From Eledone cirrhosa (lineage: Eukaryota), in NCBI GenBank assembly GCA_964016885.1, contig OZ024742.1, positions 243,350,001-243,414,000 of the forward strand: DNA of 64,000 bases, read 5' to 3'. The notes below the pieces were generated by a model. The model saw only the letters and a program-made list of their open reading frames with translations, was not told the origin of the DNA and did not search any database. Positions 16,452-30,405 of the stretch are shown here, in pieces (position 1 is the first letter of the stretch; each line of letters starts with the position of its first letter). The translations under genes and the position numbers were made by a program.

Positions 16452-16669
16452 GGAGGCGTGTGGCAGAGTGGTTAGAGTATTGGATTCACAATCGTGAGGT
16501 TGTGAGTTCGATTCCTGAACCGGGCGATGCGTTATTTCCTTGAGCAAAACACTTTATTTCACGTTGCTCCTTCTACCTGGAGTTGCGACCGATAGATAGT
16601 ATTAGCAATTGGAAAGACCAACGGAAACATTGTTTCCTCGGTCCGATTTGACGAAAGTCGATCGTTCCT
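16452..16669 (+). mobile_element. SINE family B (tRNA head + CCTTGAGCAAGACACTT core), tail type 1
   Basis: A-box TGGCAGAGTGG, B-box GAGTTCGATTCC; near-identical to the minus copy at 27548-27764. Confidence 0.85.
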
Positions 16670-16712
16670 AAAAAAAATATATATATATAATAAATATATA
16701 TATATATATATA

Positions 16713-16747
<35 letters not shown>

Positions 16748-16751
16748 ATAA

Positions 16752-16816
<65 letters not shown>

Positions 16817-16909
16817 TGTATATATATATATATGTATATTTATATACATATATGTATATATATATTATGTATATATATGTATATTTATATATATATATAT
16901 ATGTAATAA

Positions 16910-16977
<68 letters not shown>

Positions 16978-16999
16978 GTAATAAATATATATATATATA

Positions 17000-17347
17000 T
17001 GAATGAAGTAATTCCGTCGGAAAAGTCCAGGAAAAAAAGAGTGCTCTATGTAGGTAACAGAGCTTAATAGTTATGTAATAAACAACATAAGACAATTATT
17101 TCATTTACCAGTGGTTTCTTAAAAGCAAAAAAATGTTGCTTTCAATCATCAGAATGAAAAAATCCTGGTGTATTTATTGGCGTTGGATTTTAAAAACAAA
17201 AAGCAAATAGATTTTTGTTTTTTAAATCCAACGCCAATAAATACACCAGGATTTTTTCATTCTGATGATTGAAAGCAAAATTTTTTTGCTTTTAAGAAAC
17301 CACTGGTAAATGAAATAATTGCCTTATGTTGTTTATTACCTAACTAT
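17000..17347. mobile_element. Fold-back Penelope-like pLTR (about 135-bp inverted arms) in (TA)n
   Basis: Arms about 17067-17202 / 17212-17347, each with a hammerhead. Confidence 0.8.
17255..17315 (+). ncRNA. Canonical type I hammerhead ribozyme (mirror copy at about 17099-17160 on minus)
   Basis: TTTCATT-CTGATGA-TTGAAAGCAAAA/TTTTGCTTTTAA-GAAAC-CACTG-GTA-AATGAAA. Confidence 0.85.
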
Positions 17348-17372
17348 ATATATATATATATATATATATGTA

Positions 17373-17484
<112 letters not shown>

Positions 17485-17522
17485 TTATATACATATATAA
17501 TAAATATATATATAATAAATAT

Positions 17523-17555
<33 letters not shown>

Positions 17556-17571
17556 ATAAATATATATATAT

Positions 17572-18246
<675 letters not shown>

Positions 18247-18318
18247 CATATATATATATATTCCCACATGCTGAGGCATCTATGTGACGGGCCCTGTTAA
18301 GTATGCCCATGTATATAC

Positions 18319-18665
<347 letters not shown>

Positions 18666-18822
18666 ATTTTTTAAATAAGCCGCTGGGTTACAGAGAAAGA
18701 AAAAGATGAAGAAGGAGAGAGAGAAAAAGAGAGAGAGAGAGAAAAGAGAGAGAGAGAGAGAGAGACCAAAACAACAGAGAGAGAAAGATATTGAGAGAGA
18801 GAGGAGAATATATATATTTCTG

Positions 18823-19001
<179 letters not shown>

Positions 19002-19089
19002 AATATTTGCTCTACGGTTCTTATGTATTTGATATATATTTATCCTTATCGAGCCCTCTTTGGATTTTAGTCTTCAAATTTATTATTAT

Positions 19090-19171
<82 letters not shown>

Positions 19172-19175
<4 letters not shown>

Positions 19176-19328
19176 AGGGTCATGTTGTTATAATATTGCC
19201 AGGAATAATAATAAAACACACTCGCTGTTTGGTTTGGTTTGGTTTGGGTTGGGTTGGTTTTCGTTTCTATATATTTTATATCCCTATAGTTAATTTAGCT
19301 GGGATATAAAATATATAGAAACGAAAAC

Positions 19329-19403
<75 letters not shown>

Positions 19404-20100
19404 TATCAAAGTTCTTTCATCACACACTTGTGACATCATCAGTGGTACTAATATGTTTCCTCCCTTTGTATTGTAATGTCTATTCTATTTTTATTTATTT
19501 ATTTATTTATTTATTCTTGTCTTTGTTTGCACATGCGTTTGTGTGTGTGTTTTCTGTTTGGTGTATATATATAAAGATAGTGAAGGAGGAAAAGAGAAAT
19601 TAGATGGAGTTTGCGGTTCATGGTATAAGAAATGATTTCAAATATGTGGCGATTAAGTTGGTGAATGACGAGGGAGTGGAGTGTGTGAGGTATATGGTGC
19701 AAATGGAAGAAGAAGGAAACGAATTTGGAGAATGTTATGGTTGACGGTGTTGGTTTGTGAAAGGCTAAAGCGGATGGTGACATGCAGGAATAAGCATAAA
19801 GAGTGAATAGGGTAGTACCGCATAGAGACAGGGCAGAAAATACGGCGGAAATGTACGAGTAAAGAGTAGCTATCTCTTCTAAGGAAGACGATTGTAATGA
19901 AGAGTAGTGAGTGATGGTAAAAATGTGTTTGGAAAAATACAAAGACGTATGAAGGTAGTCAGGGGATAGATATCTGAGAAATTGTTTAGAGGTGGGAATG
20001 TAAGAGAAAAAGAGTTTGAGCTTTGGCATGGGGTGATAAAGAAGGTGGGGTGAAGTGCCTGATCTCTTGGAATACTCAGATTTGAATTCCGTGTGATCTT
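19172..20100 (-). mobile_element. Degenerate Penelope-like element 3' end: GIY-YIG C-terminal remnant, hammerhead and pLTR
   Basis: SALAFH...TITFSK...RHIFEI resembles the PLE endonuclease C-terminus; hammerhead at 19404-19447; 3' end CATGACCCTCC shared with 18112-18123. Confidence 0.55.
19404..19447 (-). ncRNA. Minimal hammerhead ribozyme (homolog of 17928-17972)
   Basis: TACCA-CTGATGA-T-GTCACA/TGTGAT-GAAA-GAAC-TT-TGATA. Confidence 0.65.
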
Positions 20101-20242
20101 ACATGCGTGCGCATGTGTGTGCGCGCTGTGTGCGGACGTGTAAACAGTTACTAAAGAAAGATAGATATTGCAATCGAAACAGTGAAAGACAAACACATAA
20201 ACAACGAGGTGTAGACTCTCGACCGCGGTCACATCACTGCAG

Positions 20243-20331
<89 letters not shown>

Positions 20332-20626
20332 GTGTGCGTGCGTGTGTCTGTGTGTGCGCACGCGTGTGTGTGTGCGCACGCGTGTGTGTGTGTGTACACA
20401 AATTTAAGGTATCATAACATATATATTATGTATGATATTTGTGCTTCTCATTAGGAAAGCTCAATGGACATTTGTCCAGTGCATCAATAATTAAAATTTA
20501 TAGATAAATATATATATTGAGAGAGAGAGATACAGGGCCTTATATCTTATGAGAAAAACAGTATTTTGTACACACACAAAAAGCACACACACATATATAT
20601 ATTTATTTATTTATTTATTTATTTAT

Positions 20627-20731
20627 CCCGGGTTCAATCGGGGTAACCACAGTAAGTAAGGAACTCAATACATAGCAGGATGATTTCTCCCGAATGAAAC
20701 AGTTCTAGTCCTGTAGAAGCCATTTCTATAT

Positions 20732-20735
<4 letters not shown>
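20627..20735. mobile_element. Rearranged pLTR fragment of the 50786/51788 family
   Basis: Inverted 3' tail (GGTAACCACAGTAAGTAAGG) joined to GATGA...GAAACAGTTCTAGTCCTGTAGAA. Confidence 0.7.
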
Positions 20736-20789
<54 letters not shown>

Positions 20790-20791
<2 letters not shown>

Positions 20792-21160
20792 GAAGTTCTA
20801 TTTAAATTGTTGGGATACAACAAGCAAATATTTTTATAACTGATATAAAGCACTCAACAAATTATTGGAGTAAAAATACGATATATTAACAAATGGAAAC
20901 TATATTTATAAAACCATATTTATTTCATTATACATATTTCAAGGACACCAAGTTAAATTATGGTTAGCTTTCATCATATAAAATATAATTGTTTCTATTT
21001 TTGGCACAAGGCCAGCAATTATCCCAGTGTATAACTGGTACTTTATTTTATCGACCCTGTAAGGATGAAAGGCAATATAATATAGAGCAGTTTTATAAAT
21101 AAATATTGACATACCCTTAAAGAATGCGACCATTTCTGTTGGAAGCTCCCGGATAGTCAT
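20790..21160 (-). mobile_element. pLTR copy interrupted by a truncated SINE A (about 20990-21073, TSD AATATAAT)
   Basis: Colinear with 18439-18625 once the SINE is removed. Confidence 0.75.
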
Positions 21161-21223
21161 ATATCTATATGTGTGTGTGTGTGTGTGTGTATGTATATAT
21201 GTATGTTAATGTGTATGTATGTA

Positions 21224-21350
21224 TATGAATAATACGTACTTCGGATGGAAAAAGTTCTTATTTCATCCGAAGTACGTATTCTTCATAGATATATGTGCTT
21301 TTTGTGCGTGTACAAAATTTCTCTCATAAAATACATGGCCCTGTCACTCT
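21224..21350 (+). mobile_element. Short fold-back insertion centred on a hammerhead stem II-like hairpin
   Basis: Palindrome 21224-21287 with GGATGGAA/TTTCATCC then GAAG-TACGTA; 3' tail homologous to reverse complement of 20530-20590. Confidence 0.5.
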
Positions 21351-21387
21351 ATATATATATATATACAGAGATGAGATGAGGGGATGC

Positions 21388-21449
<62 letters not shown>

Positions 21450-21798
21450 TAAACGGAATAGAAAATGCTGACAAATTGTTCACAGTTGAAAAATGGTTTA
21501 ATTAGGAATAAAAGAGTATTAGTGATTGTATGGGTTAGTATTCAGTTGTGGTTATGTATATATATATATATATATACACAATGATATTAAATAAATGGAA
21601 ACTATATTTATAAAACCATATTTATTCTATTATATATATTTCAAGGGTACCAAAACTTTGGTACCCCCTCATCAGATAAAATACAAAGTTTGTTTTATAA
21701 ATTTTGACAATTAACAAGAAAAGATACTTTTTCTTGAAAAACGTGAACCGTTAAGGTATCTTTTCTTGGTTATGTCAAATTTTATAAAACAAACTTTG

Positions 21799-21859
21799 TA
21801 TTTTATCTGATGAGAGCGTACCAAAGTGTTGGTACCCTTGAAATATATATAATAGAATA
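21799..21859 (+). ncRNA. Type I hammerhead ribozyme (mirror copy at about 21621-21683 on minus)
   Basis: TATTTTAT-CTGATGA-GAGCGTACCAA/TTGGTACCCTT-GAAA-TATATA-TA-ATAGAATA. Confidence 0.8.
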
Positions 21860-21897
21860 AATATGGTTTTATAAATATAGTTTCCTTTTATTTAATA

Positions 21898-22811
21898 CTA
21901 GCAGTAAAGCCTGGCGTTGCTCGGGGTCGCTCAGTAGCTGTGTTAAAGTTACAATGTTAAGTTTCTTTTTTGGCTTAAAAACTGTAATGTCTACTGTGCA
22001 GACTTGCATGTGGTGTTTTTGATTAATATTCCCTCAACCAACAATATGCCTTATGAAGTTAAGAAAACATAACGATAACCCGAATGTTATAACAAAAGAG
22101 GATGCTGGGGATAAAAACTGCACTGGTTATTTATTAACAAAGATCGAAAATGTAAACACTGCAACGCAGAGAAAAACATTAGCGTAACCAAATTATCAGT
22201 TATGTCTGTCTGCACGCCTATATCACCTCTCTGCACGACTGTCTGTCTGCACGCCTATATCACCTCTCTGCACGACTGTCTGTCTGCACGCCTATATCAC
22301 CTCTCTGCACGACTGTCTGTCTGCACGCCTATATCACCTCTCTGCACGACTGTCTGTCTGCACGCGTATATCACCTCTCTGCACGACTGTCTGTCTGCAC
22401 GCCTAACGACGAAATATTTGCTTGTTTTACGTAGTCTTTAAATAGACTTGTTTTCAAGTAAAAATATTGTTTTAAAGTGCTTTTAAATGGAAATGAAGCA
22501 AAACGGAAGCTTAGTGTTCGAACTGATGAATTTTGCAGGTCAATATTTTGCTGGCTCGACAACTGTTCGTAAGACGCTCAATGTAAACAGAACAAAGGGA
22601 AATAACTGATAACTTACGCTCAAAAATCGATACATTATATTCGATTTCGTCACATAGGGTGGGTCAATTTGAAATATTTTTTCCCGATGTCTTCGCTAGG
22701 GCTCAATGTACAAGTATAGCAATTTCGGTGCAATTCCGTGAGAGATTCTAAGAGGATATGTGTGCCAAAAATCGATAGACAGACAGACAACCACAGTTTT
22801 ATATATATAGA
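21898..22811 (-). mobile_element. Non-autonomous Helitron
   Basis: 5' TCTATATATAT, 3' CCGAGCAACGCCAGG hairpin then CTAG; precise A|T insertion without TSD. Confidence 0.85.
22204..22404. repeat. 37-bp minisatellite, about 5.4 copies, inside the Helitron
   Basis: Unit CTGTCTGTCTGCACGCCTATATCACCTCTCTGCACGA. Confidence 0.95.
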
Positions 22812-22926
22812 TCATTGAATATTATACTCCAGAAAACTTGTCGAGTGCTCTGAATCAGTTATAAGCATTTATATTTGTTGAATTACCAACAAATTGAATA
22901 TCCCTTTGCTTATATATATATATATA

Positions 22927-23704
22927 TATAAAGAAAAAGGGATGAAATCGAAAATGCAACTGAAGTCTTATTTTTTTTAAAAATATATATATTTATTTGG
23001 TTCCTTTACCGGTTTCGCAGTTCTTCTGCTTTTCAAAAGGTGAGTTGAGATGGAGGGTCTGTGGTTTTTCTCACATCTGGTTGGTCTCTAAATGTTACTT
23101 GTTTTATATGGAAAAAGTGGCTCGAAAACCAGGTTTTTCGAGAAGTAATTTGATTGGTTTGTCAATAATTATAATAAATTTCGCGCCAGTTCGCGTTACA
23201 ATAGTTCTTCAAATAAGAGAGGGGGGGGTTGTCACAGGTTGTTTTTTCATATATGAGTGTTTGAATTTCTTTTTACTTCGTGAGCCTCATTTTTTTAAGT
23301 AAAAAGAAATTCAAACACTCATATATGAAAAAACAACCTGTGACAACCCCCCCTCTCTTATTTGAAGAACTATTGTAACGCGAACTGGCGCGAAATTTAT
23401 TATAATTATTGACAAACCAATCAAATTACTTCTCGAAAAACCTGGTTTTCGAGCCACTTTTTCCATATAAAGTAGCATTTAGAGACCAACCAGATGTGAG
23501 AAAAACCACAGACCCTCCATCTCAACTCACCTTTTGAAAAGCAGAAGAACTGCGAAACCGGTAAAGGAACCAAATAAATATATATATTTTTTAAAAAAAT
23601 AAGACTTCAGTTGCATTTTCGATTTCATCCCTTTTTCTTTATACTTCCACTCGTGTAGGACACCTCGGTTATTTTTCATTTTGTAAAAAAAACCTCACTT
23701 TCTA
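22927..23704 (+). mobile_element. Fold-back Penelope-like pLTR (about 350-bp near-perfect arms)
   Basis: Arms 22927-23278 / 23297-23643, 3' tail to about 23704, (TA)n both sides. Confidence 0.8.
23530..23567 (+). ncRNA. Minimal hammerhead ribozyme with U3-A8 core variant
   Basis: CCTT-TTGAAAA-GCAG/CTGC-GAAACCGGTA-AAGG. Confidence 0.75.
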
Positions 23705-23769
23705 ATATATATATATATATATATATATTGGCTCGTCAAGTATGAAATTTGTAGAAATTTGTTGTTTTT

Positions 23770-23838
<69 letters not shown>

Positions 23839-24119
23839 GCGCTTTATTACTTAATCTCTTCTTCCCAGCTCCTTAACGTCTCTCTTTCACTCCTCTTTAT
23901 CGTTTCGTTTAGTTTTTCCGACTATGCACCTCTCTCTCCCACTTCTCTCCTCTCTCTCTCTCTCTCTGTCTCTCTCTTTCTCTCGCCCTCTCTCTCTCTC
24001 ATATATCTAAAGTACTTATAGTTTCCGTTGGTCTGTTGTTTACAATATTTATTTCTATCTATTGGGCTATTTTCCATCCATTACATGCACTATCATACAG
24101 GTGCATATATATCTATATA

Positions 24120-24153
<34 letters not shown>

Positions 24154-24624
24154 TAGAAGGGATATTTAATTTGTTGGAAATTCAACAAATATAAATGTAT
24201 ATATATATACATATATATATATAGACACACATATATGTATGTATATATGTGCATTAATATATATGTGTATATTCGAATTTTTATATATGTGTATGTAAGC
24301 GTGTGCGTATATGTTGCGTGCATGTGTGCTTATGTGTAAACGTATACATGTGTGTGTATTTGTACGTGTGTCTCTGTATCTATGAGTGTATGCGTGCTAG
24401 CGTCCGTGCGCGCGCGCGTGTGTGTGTGTATGTCCTGTATATGTACATGTATCTGTGTTAAGTTTCTTACAAAATGGCTGCCATTTTTACATTGCAAGCA
24501 CTTTAGAATGAGATCGGAAACCCTGCAGCCATTTTTTTCTGATAACTATCCAGTACAATATTTACAACCTAATAGGATACAAGAAACATTTATTAATAAG
24601 TTGTCCCTGTTGACGTTTACCACT

Positions 24625-24652
24625 GCTGCTGTTGTTGCTGTGGCTGTTATTG

Positions 24653-24684
<32 letters not shown>

Positions 24685-24814
24685 GGTGCTGTTATTGTTG
24701 TTGTTGGTGGTGGTGGTGGTGGTGCTGTTATTGTTGTTGTTGTTGGTGGTGGTGGTGGTGGTGGTGGTGGTGGTGGGGAGCTGTGGCTTTTATTGTTGTT
24801 GTTGTGGTGGTGGT

Positions 24815-24845
<31 letters not shown>

Positions 24846-24857
24846 TGGCTCTAATTG

Positions 24858-24889
<32 letters not shown>

Positions 24890-26100
24890 GGTGGTGGTGG
24901 TGGTGGTGGTAGTGGTGGTGGTGTGGCTGTAATTGTTGTTGTTGTTGGTGGTGGTGGTGGTAGTGGTTGTGGTGGTGGTGGTGGTAGTGGTGGTGCTGTG
25001 GCTGTAATTGTTGTTGTTGGTGGTGGTGGTGGTGGTAGTGGTGGTAGTGGTGGTGCTGTGGCTGTAATTGTTGTTGTTGCTGTTGTTGTTGTTGATATTG
25101 CAGTTGCTATTGTTGTTGCTATTGATGATGTGGCTGCTATTGTTGTTGTTGTTGTTGTTGTTGTTGATACTGTGGTTGTTATTGTAATTGTTGTTGTTGG
25201 TGGTAATGGTGGTGGCGATGGTGATGGTGGTGATAGTAATGGTGGTGGTGATGGTGGTGGAGGTGATGGTAGTGATTATGGTAATGGTTGTGGTGATGGT
25301 GGTGGTGATGGTGGTGATGGTGGTGGTGGTGGACGTAATGGTAATGATTATGGTAATGGTAGTGGTGGTGTCGATGGTTGTGGTAGTGATGGTGGTGGTG
25401 GTGGTAGCGATGGTGGTGGAGGTGATGGTAGTGATTATGCTAATGGTAGTGGTGGTGGTGGCGATGGTGGTGGTGGTGGTGATGGTGGTGGTGGTAGCGA
25501 TGGAGGTGGTGGTGATGGTAGTGATTATGGTGGTGGTGGTGGTGGTGGTGGTGGTGGTGGTGATGGCTGTGATGGTGGTGATTGAAATGGTAGTGATTAT
25601 GGTAATGGTGGTGGTGGTGGTGGCGATGGTGGTGGTGGTGGTGATGGTGGTGGTGGTGGTGGTAGCGATGGAGGTGGTGGTGATGGTAGTGATTATGGTG
25701 GTGGTGGTGGTGGTGGTGATGGCTGTGATGGTGGTGATTGAAATGGTAGTGATTATGGTAATGGTGGTGGTGGTGATGGTGGTGATGATGGTGGTGGTGA
25801 TGGTGATGGTGGTCGTGATGGTGGTGGTGATGGTGGTGATGGTGGTGGTGGTGATGGTGGCGATGGTGGTGATGGAGATGGTAGTGATTATGGTAATGGT
25901 GGTGGTGGTGATGGTGGTGATGGTGGTGATGGTGGTGGTGGTGATGGTTGTGGTGATGATGATGGTAATGGTGGTGGTGGTGATGGTGGTGGTGGTGATT
26001 GTGATGGTGGTGGTGATGGTGATGGTGGTGATGATGATGATGGTGGTGGTGGAGATGGTAGTGATTATAGTAATGTTGGTGTTGGTGGTGGTGATATTAT
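24625..26100. repeat. Compound (GGT/GTT/GAT)n trinucleotide tract with internal duplications
   Basis: Direct inspection; recurring GATGGTAGTGATTATGG units. Confidence 0.95.
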
Positions 26101-26819
26101 TGTTGAAGCTGTTCTTCGTGTACAATTGTTGCCCTTGTTGCTGGTGTAATATAAAACACTAACGAAACCCAACCCAAGAAGACACAACGTAAGACAATCT
26201 TAACTATAATAAAGAAAGGAGTGTGGGACTGCGTCCAGAATATATATTTTTACCCCGTTTGTAAAATAAGTTGGATTACTTTGAATAAATAATTGTTTCT
26301 ACTTTAGGCACAAGGCCAGCAATTACCCAGGGCATTACTGGTACTTTATTTTATCAACCCCGTAATAAATAATGAATGACTATTACATAATTTATGTGCT
26401 AAATTTCGTGGCTGTTGATTAAATATATATTATAGCTTATTTAAAGACCTTTAAAATTAACTTCTTTAAAATTATCAAATGTCAACACTTCCAGTTAGCG
26501 GCCGTTATATTATGACACTTATAATCGCATATATTTCCGTCGCTAATTTTCTCCTAATGCAGTTTATATATAATGTCGTCTTTTTTTCAATATATCATGG
26601 ATTACTGATTACAGAAGACAGTGTAACATAGGCTTTGTTCAATTTCTGTGTATATTGTCAATTACGATTTTATTTGATGTATCATATTTACATGCATATA
26701 TATTTGTGTATAATATCAATATACACACTACACATGCTAGCATAAAACCACCCGTAGGGTGGTTTTTGTGCTAGTCAACATAAAGCAGTAAGTCTAGATT
26801 ACAATAACACAGCAATTCC

Positions 26820-27270
26820 TTGTCTTTTTATTTACAATTTCTATTTCTCTTTACATTTTTGCTTGTTGTTCTTTCATTATTTCTTTTCTTTCCTTCCTTC
26901 TTTCTTTTCTTTCTTCTTTTTTTTGGTATATTCATTTCTTTCTTTCTGTCTTTCTTTCTTTCCTTCTTTCTATCTTTCCTTCTTTCTTTCTTTCTTTCTT
27001 TCCTTCCTTCTTTCGTTCTTTCCTTCCTTCTTTCTTTCTTTCTTCTTTTTGGTATACTCATTTCTTTCTTTCTATCTTTATTTATTTATTTCCTTCCTTC
27101 TTTCTTTTTTCTTTCTTTCCTTCTTTCTTCTTTCTTGGTATACTCATTTCTTTCTGTCTATCTTTATTTCTTTATTTATTTCCTTCCTTCTTTCTTCCTT
27201 CTTTTTTGGTATATTCAGTTCTTTCTTTCTTCTTTCTTAGTATATTCAGTTCTTTCTTTCTTTCATTCTT
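26820..27270. repeat. Degenerate (TTTC)n pyrimidine tract
   Basis: TTTC/TTCC runs with recurring GGTATA(T/C)TCA spacer. Confidence 0.85.
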
Positions 27271-27427
27271 GGCATTACTTATCATTCCAGCTTACTTAGT
27301 CTAACAAAGTTGTTTAGTATGAATGTTTGTGTGTGTATGTATGTGTTATGTGTGTGTATGTATGTATATGTGTATGTAGATAGGTATATTATATATGCAT
27401 GTATATAGGTACATTATACACACACAC

Positions 27428-27520
<93 letters not shown>

Positions 27521-27547
27521 ATATACCTATATACAGGCATATATATA

Positions 27548-27764
27548 AGGAACGATCGACTTTCGTCAAATCGGACCGAGGAAACAATGTTTCCATTGGT
27601 CTTTCCAATTGCTAATACTATCTATCGGTCGCAACTCCAGGTAGAAGGAGCAACGTGAAATAAAGTGTCTTGCTCAAGGACATAACGCATCGCCCAGTCC
27701 AGGAATTGAACTTACAACCTCACGATTGCGAATCCAATTCTCTAACTACTCATCACACGCCTTC
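27548..27764 (-). mobile_element. SINE family B, tail type 1
   Basis: Reverse complement of 16452-16669. Confidence 0.85.
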
Positions 27765-27867
27765 ACATGCATATATAATATACCTATCTACATACACATA
27801 TACATACATATACACACATAACACATACATACATACACAAACATTCATACTAAACAACTTTGTTAGT

Positions 27868-28131
27868 GAAGGCACATGGCTTAGTGGTTAGAGCATTGGC
27901 CTTGCAATCGAAAGGTTGTGAGTTCAATTCTCAGACCGGGTGATGTGTTGTTTCCTTGAGCAAGACACTTTATTTCACGTTGCTCCAGTTTACTCAGCTG
28001 TAGACATGCGTACCGGCCTGCCCGCCCAGCCAGTGGGATGGCGTTATCTTATGGCTAAAACAGCACGGCATGCTGTGACCAGCGGCACCGATTGGCGCCC
28101 GACAGACTGGTCGGTCAAAATGATCAAGGTG
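27868..28131 (+). mobile_element. SINE family B, different tail
   Basis: GGCACATGGCTTAGTGG...GAGTTCAATTC...CCTTGAGCAAGACACTTTATTTCACGTTGCTCC. Confidence 0.8.
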
Positions 28132-28156
28132 ATATATATATATATAGATATATATA

Positions 28157-28370
28157 CAAGTAAGAATATTTTTGAAACAGCGAGTTGGTTTGAAATTATT
28201 ATAAATGTAAGCTATCGCCGTATTTTGACTAAAGAAATTATTTAGTCTGATAGTGGGGTTAAGAACCCTTGGAGAAATGGAAAAAGATGAGTATTGACGT
28301 GAATGGCAGTCGAACCCACATCTTTGGTTATCCGGACCACTGTGATCCCATTTACACCAACACATCTCCC
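28157..28370 (-). mobile_element. Putative third tRNA-derived SINE
   Basis: Minus strand A-box TGGTGTAAATGG and B-box GGTTCGACTGCC. Confidence 0.45.
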
Positions 28371-28460
28371 ATATATATACCTTTATATATATGCATATAT
28401 ATATATTTGTATGTATATGTATATGTGTGTATTATGCATATATATATGAATGTATGTATG

Positions 28461-28505
<45 letters not shown>

Positions 28506-28522
28506 ATGTATGTATGCATGTA

Positions 28523-28556
<34 letters not shown>

Positions 28557-28581
28557 CATACATGCATACATACATGCATGC

Positions 28582-28615
<34 letters not shown>

Positions 28616-28670
28616 TGTTGTAGAGTTTACGTTTACACAAATAAATATCTGTTTAGATTTAAGTGTGAAG

Positions 28671-28707
<37 letters not shown>

Positions 28708-28883
28708 CAAAGGTGAGTGGCCGATGAACTGAATTTGCTGGCTGGTTTCAATTACCTGGAAATATTTCGCTAATGGCACTAATGTCCTCGGGGGAAGCGT
28801 TCACATTTCAACGTACATACATACATACATACATACATACATACATACATACATACATACATACATACATACATACATACATA

Positions 28884-29617
28884 CGAGGCATGATGTAGTG
28901 GCCAAAACACTGTTCAATGCAGTTCGTAAAAAAGATAGTCCCGATAATAAACACATTAAAAGCTACAGCAATGTGGAAGACATCCATGTACATAATATGA
29001 AAGAGTACTGGTGAAATATTCCAGTAAAAACCCCAATAAAATGCAGGCATAACAGACCAGATATTATGATATGGGACAGGGAAAAGAAAGCATGCACAGT
29101 AATGGAAATTAGCTGCCCAGCAGATGCCAATATAATATCAAAGATAGCGAAAAGGAGAATATTTATGCAGAACTGATGAGAAATCTGCAGATACTCCGCC
29201 CTGATTACACCTTCAGATTTATGCCTGTGATTATTGGGGCACTGGGGTATGTGAGTAACTGCCTCAATACAAATCTTGAGAAGCTAGGCTTCACAGGAAC
29301 AGAAAGAACACAACTAGTTAGGAAATTACAAGTACAATCCATTAATGGAACAGTAAAAATATGTAAAACATTCCAAAAATTGTGCATCTAATAACTGCAT
29401 ATACACATGTACAGATACAAAGCATCTAATAACTGCATATACACATGCACACATACAACTCAAAACATACACATCTACACATACAATAATATCCATATCT
29501 ACACATGCATGCATACATACATAATCTACCTAGTTGATTTTGTGGAAATTCCAATGAGAGAGTATTGTGTCTATGTTAGAAACTGACTCTCTCTCTATTG
29601 GGAAAAGAAGAAGAACA
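28884..29617 (+). mobile_element. 5'-truncated R4/Dong-like RLE LINE flanked by (CATA)n
   Basis: RPDIMIWDR...EISCPAD...PVIIGALGYV...KICKTF; 3' UTR shared with the 34613 and 58519 copies. Confidence 0.8.
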
Positions 29618-29633
29618 TACATACATTCATACA

Positions 29634-29948
29634 TGATGGCTGCAAACTCTGCTAAGAGAATTGCGATCGCTTGTCAGATTACAGAGTTTGGTGCACTTTT
29701 AGGCTACGACCAGTCACACGAACCTGTAACATAACCTGAACAAGCAATGCTTGTGCTTTGAAGGTTTTTTAAGTGGGGAAAGACCTTCTACTCGACCAAT
29801 CCCACTCTCTGACCATCGAAAACACTACCCGAAAAGGAGAACTGGTCAACATCATCGGATGCTTCCGAAGCCGCGGGTTTTTTTTTTTTTCAAAGTTTCC
29901 CCTCTCCTAGAAAGGTGTTGTGACAACAACTGGGGGCCTTTCACTCCC
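29634..29948 (-). mobile_element. Non-autonomous RTE-like element with (TATG)n tail
   Basis: Reverse complement of 38230-38541. Confidence 0.7.
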
Positions 29949-30124
29949 ATGTGGAAAAAAATGTATATATAGACATACATACATACATGCATACATACAT
30001 ACATCCATACATCCATACACACATACATACATACATACATACATACATACATACATACATACATACATACATACATACATACATACATACATACATACAT
30101 ACATACATACATGCATGCATACAT

Positions 30125-30405
30125 ACAGCTGCCCACTTGATGTTAATGTAAGAAAAATACAAGAGAAGGAGGATATCTACGGACCATTGGTGAGGTGTTT
30201 GCCGATCCAGTATCCAAGATATACCTTCAGCTTCATACCCATCATTACTGGGGCTACAGGTTATATACCAATCCGCTTGGGCCAAAGTATGACTGAACTT
30301 GGATTTGTGGACAAAGAGCGGAGCTCCCTAATTCATAGACAACAAATGGCTGCCATAACTGGCACCTACACAATTTGCAAAACATTCTTGCGATTCAAGG
30401 GATGA
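30125..30405 (+). pseudogene. RLE LINE C-terminal fragment, divergent subfamily, starting at (CATA)n
   Basis: SCPLDVNV...KEDIYGPL...IPIITGATGYIP...ICKTF. Confidence 0.7.

Larger units (their letters stand above)
21579..22911 (+). mobile_element. Fold-back pLTR with hammerheads, right arm split by a Helitron
   Basis: Arms about 21579-21729 / 21755-21897 plus 22812-22817; 3' tail 22818-22911 homologous to reverse complement of 20790-20880. Confidence 0.8.

Noticed and set aside
16452-16525. tRNA genes at SINE heads
   Set aside because: A/B boxes are followed by SINE core and tail; no complete cloverleaf
22204-22404. CRISPR-like 37-bp repeats
   Set aside because: No spacers; minisatellite inside a Helitron in eukaryotic DNA
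24632-26162. Gly-rich and Thr-rich (mucin-like) ORFs
   Set aside because: Trinucleotide repeat open in multiple frames and strands; no splice or signal context
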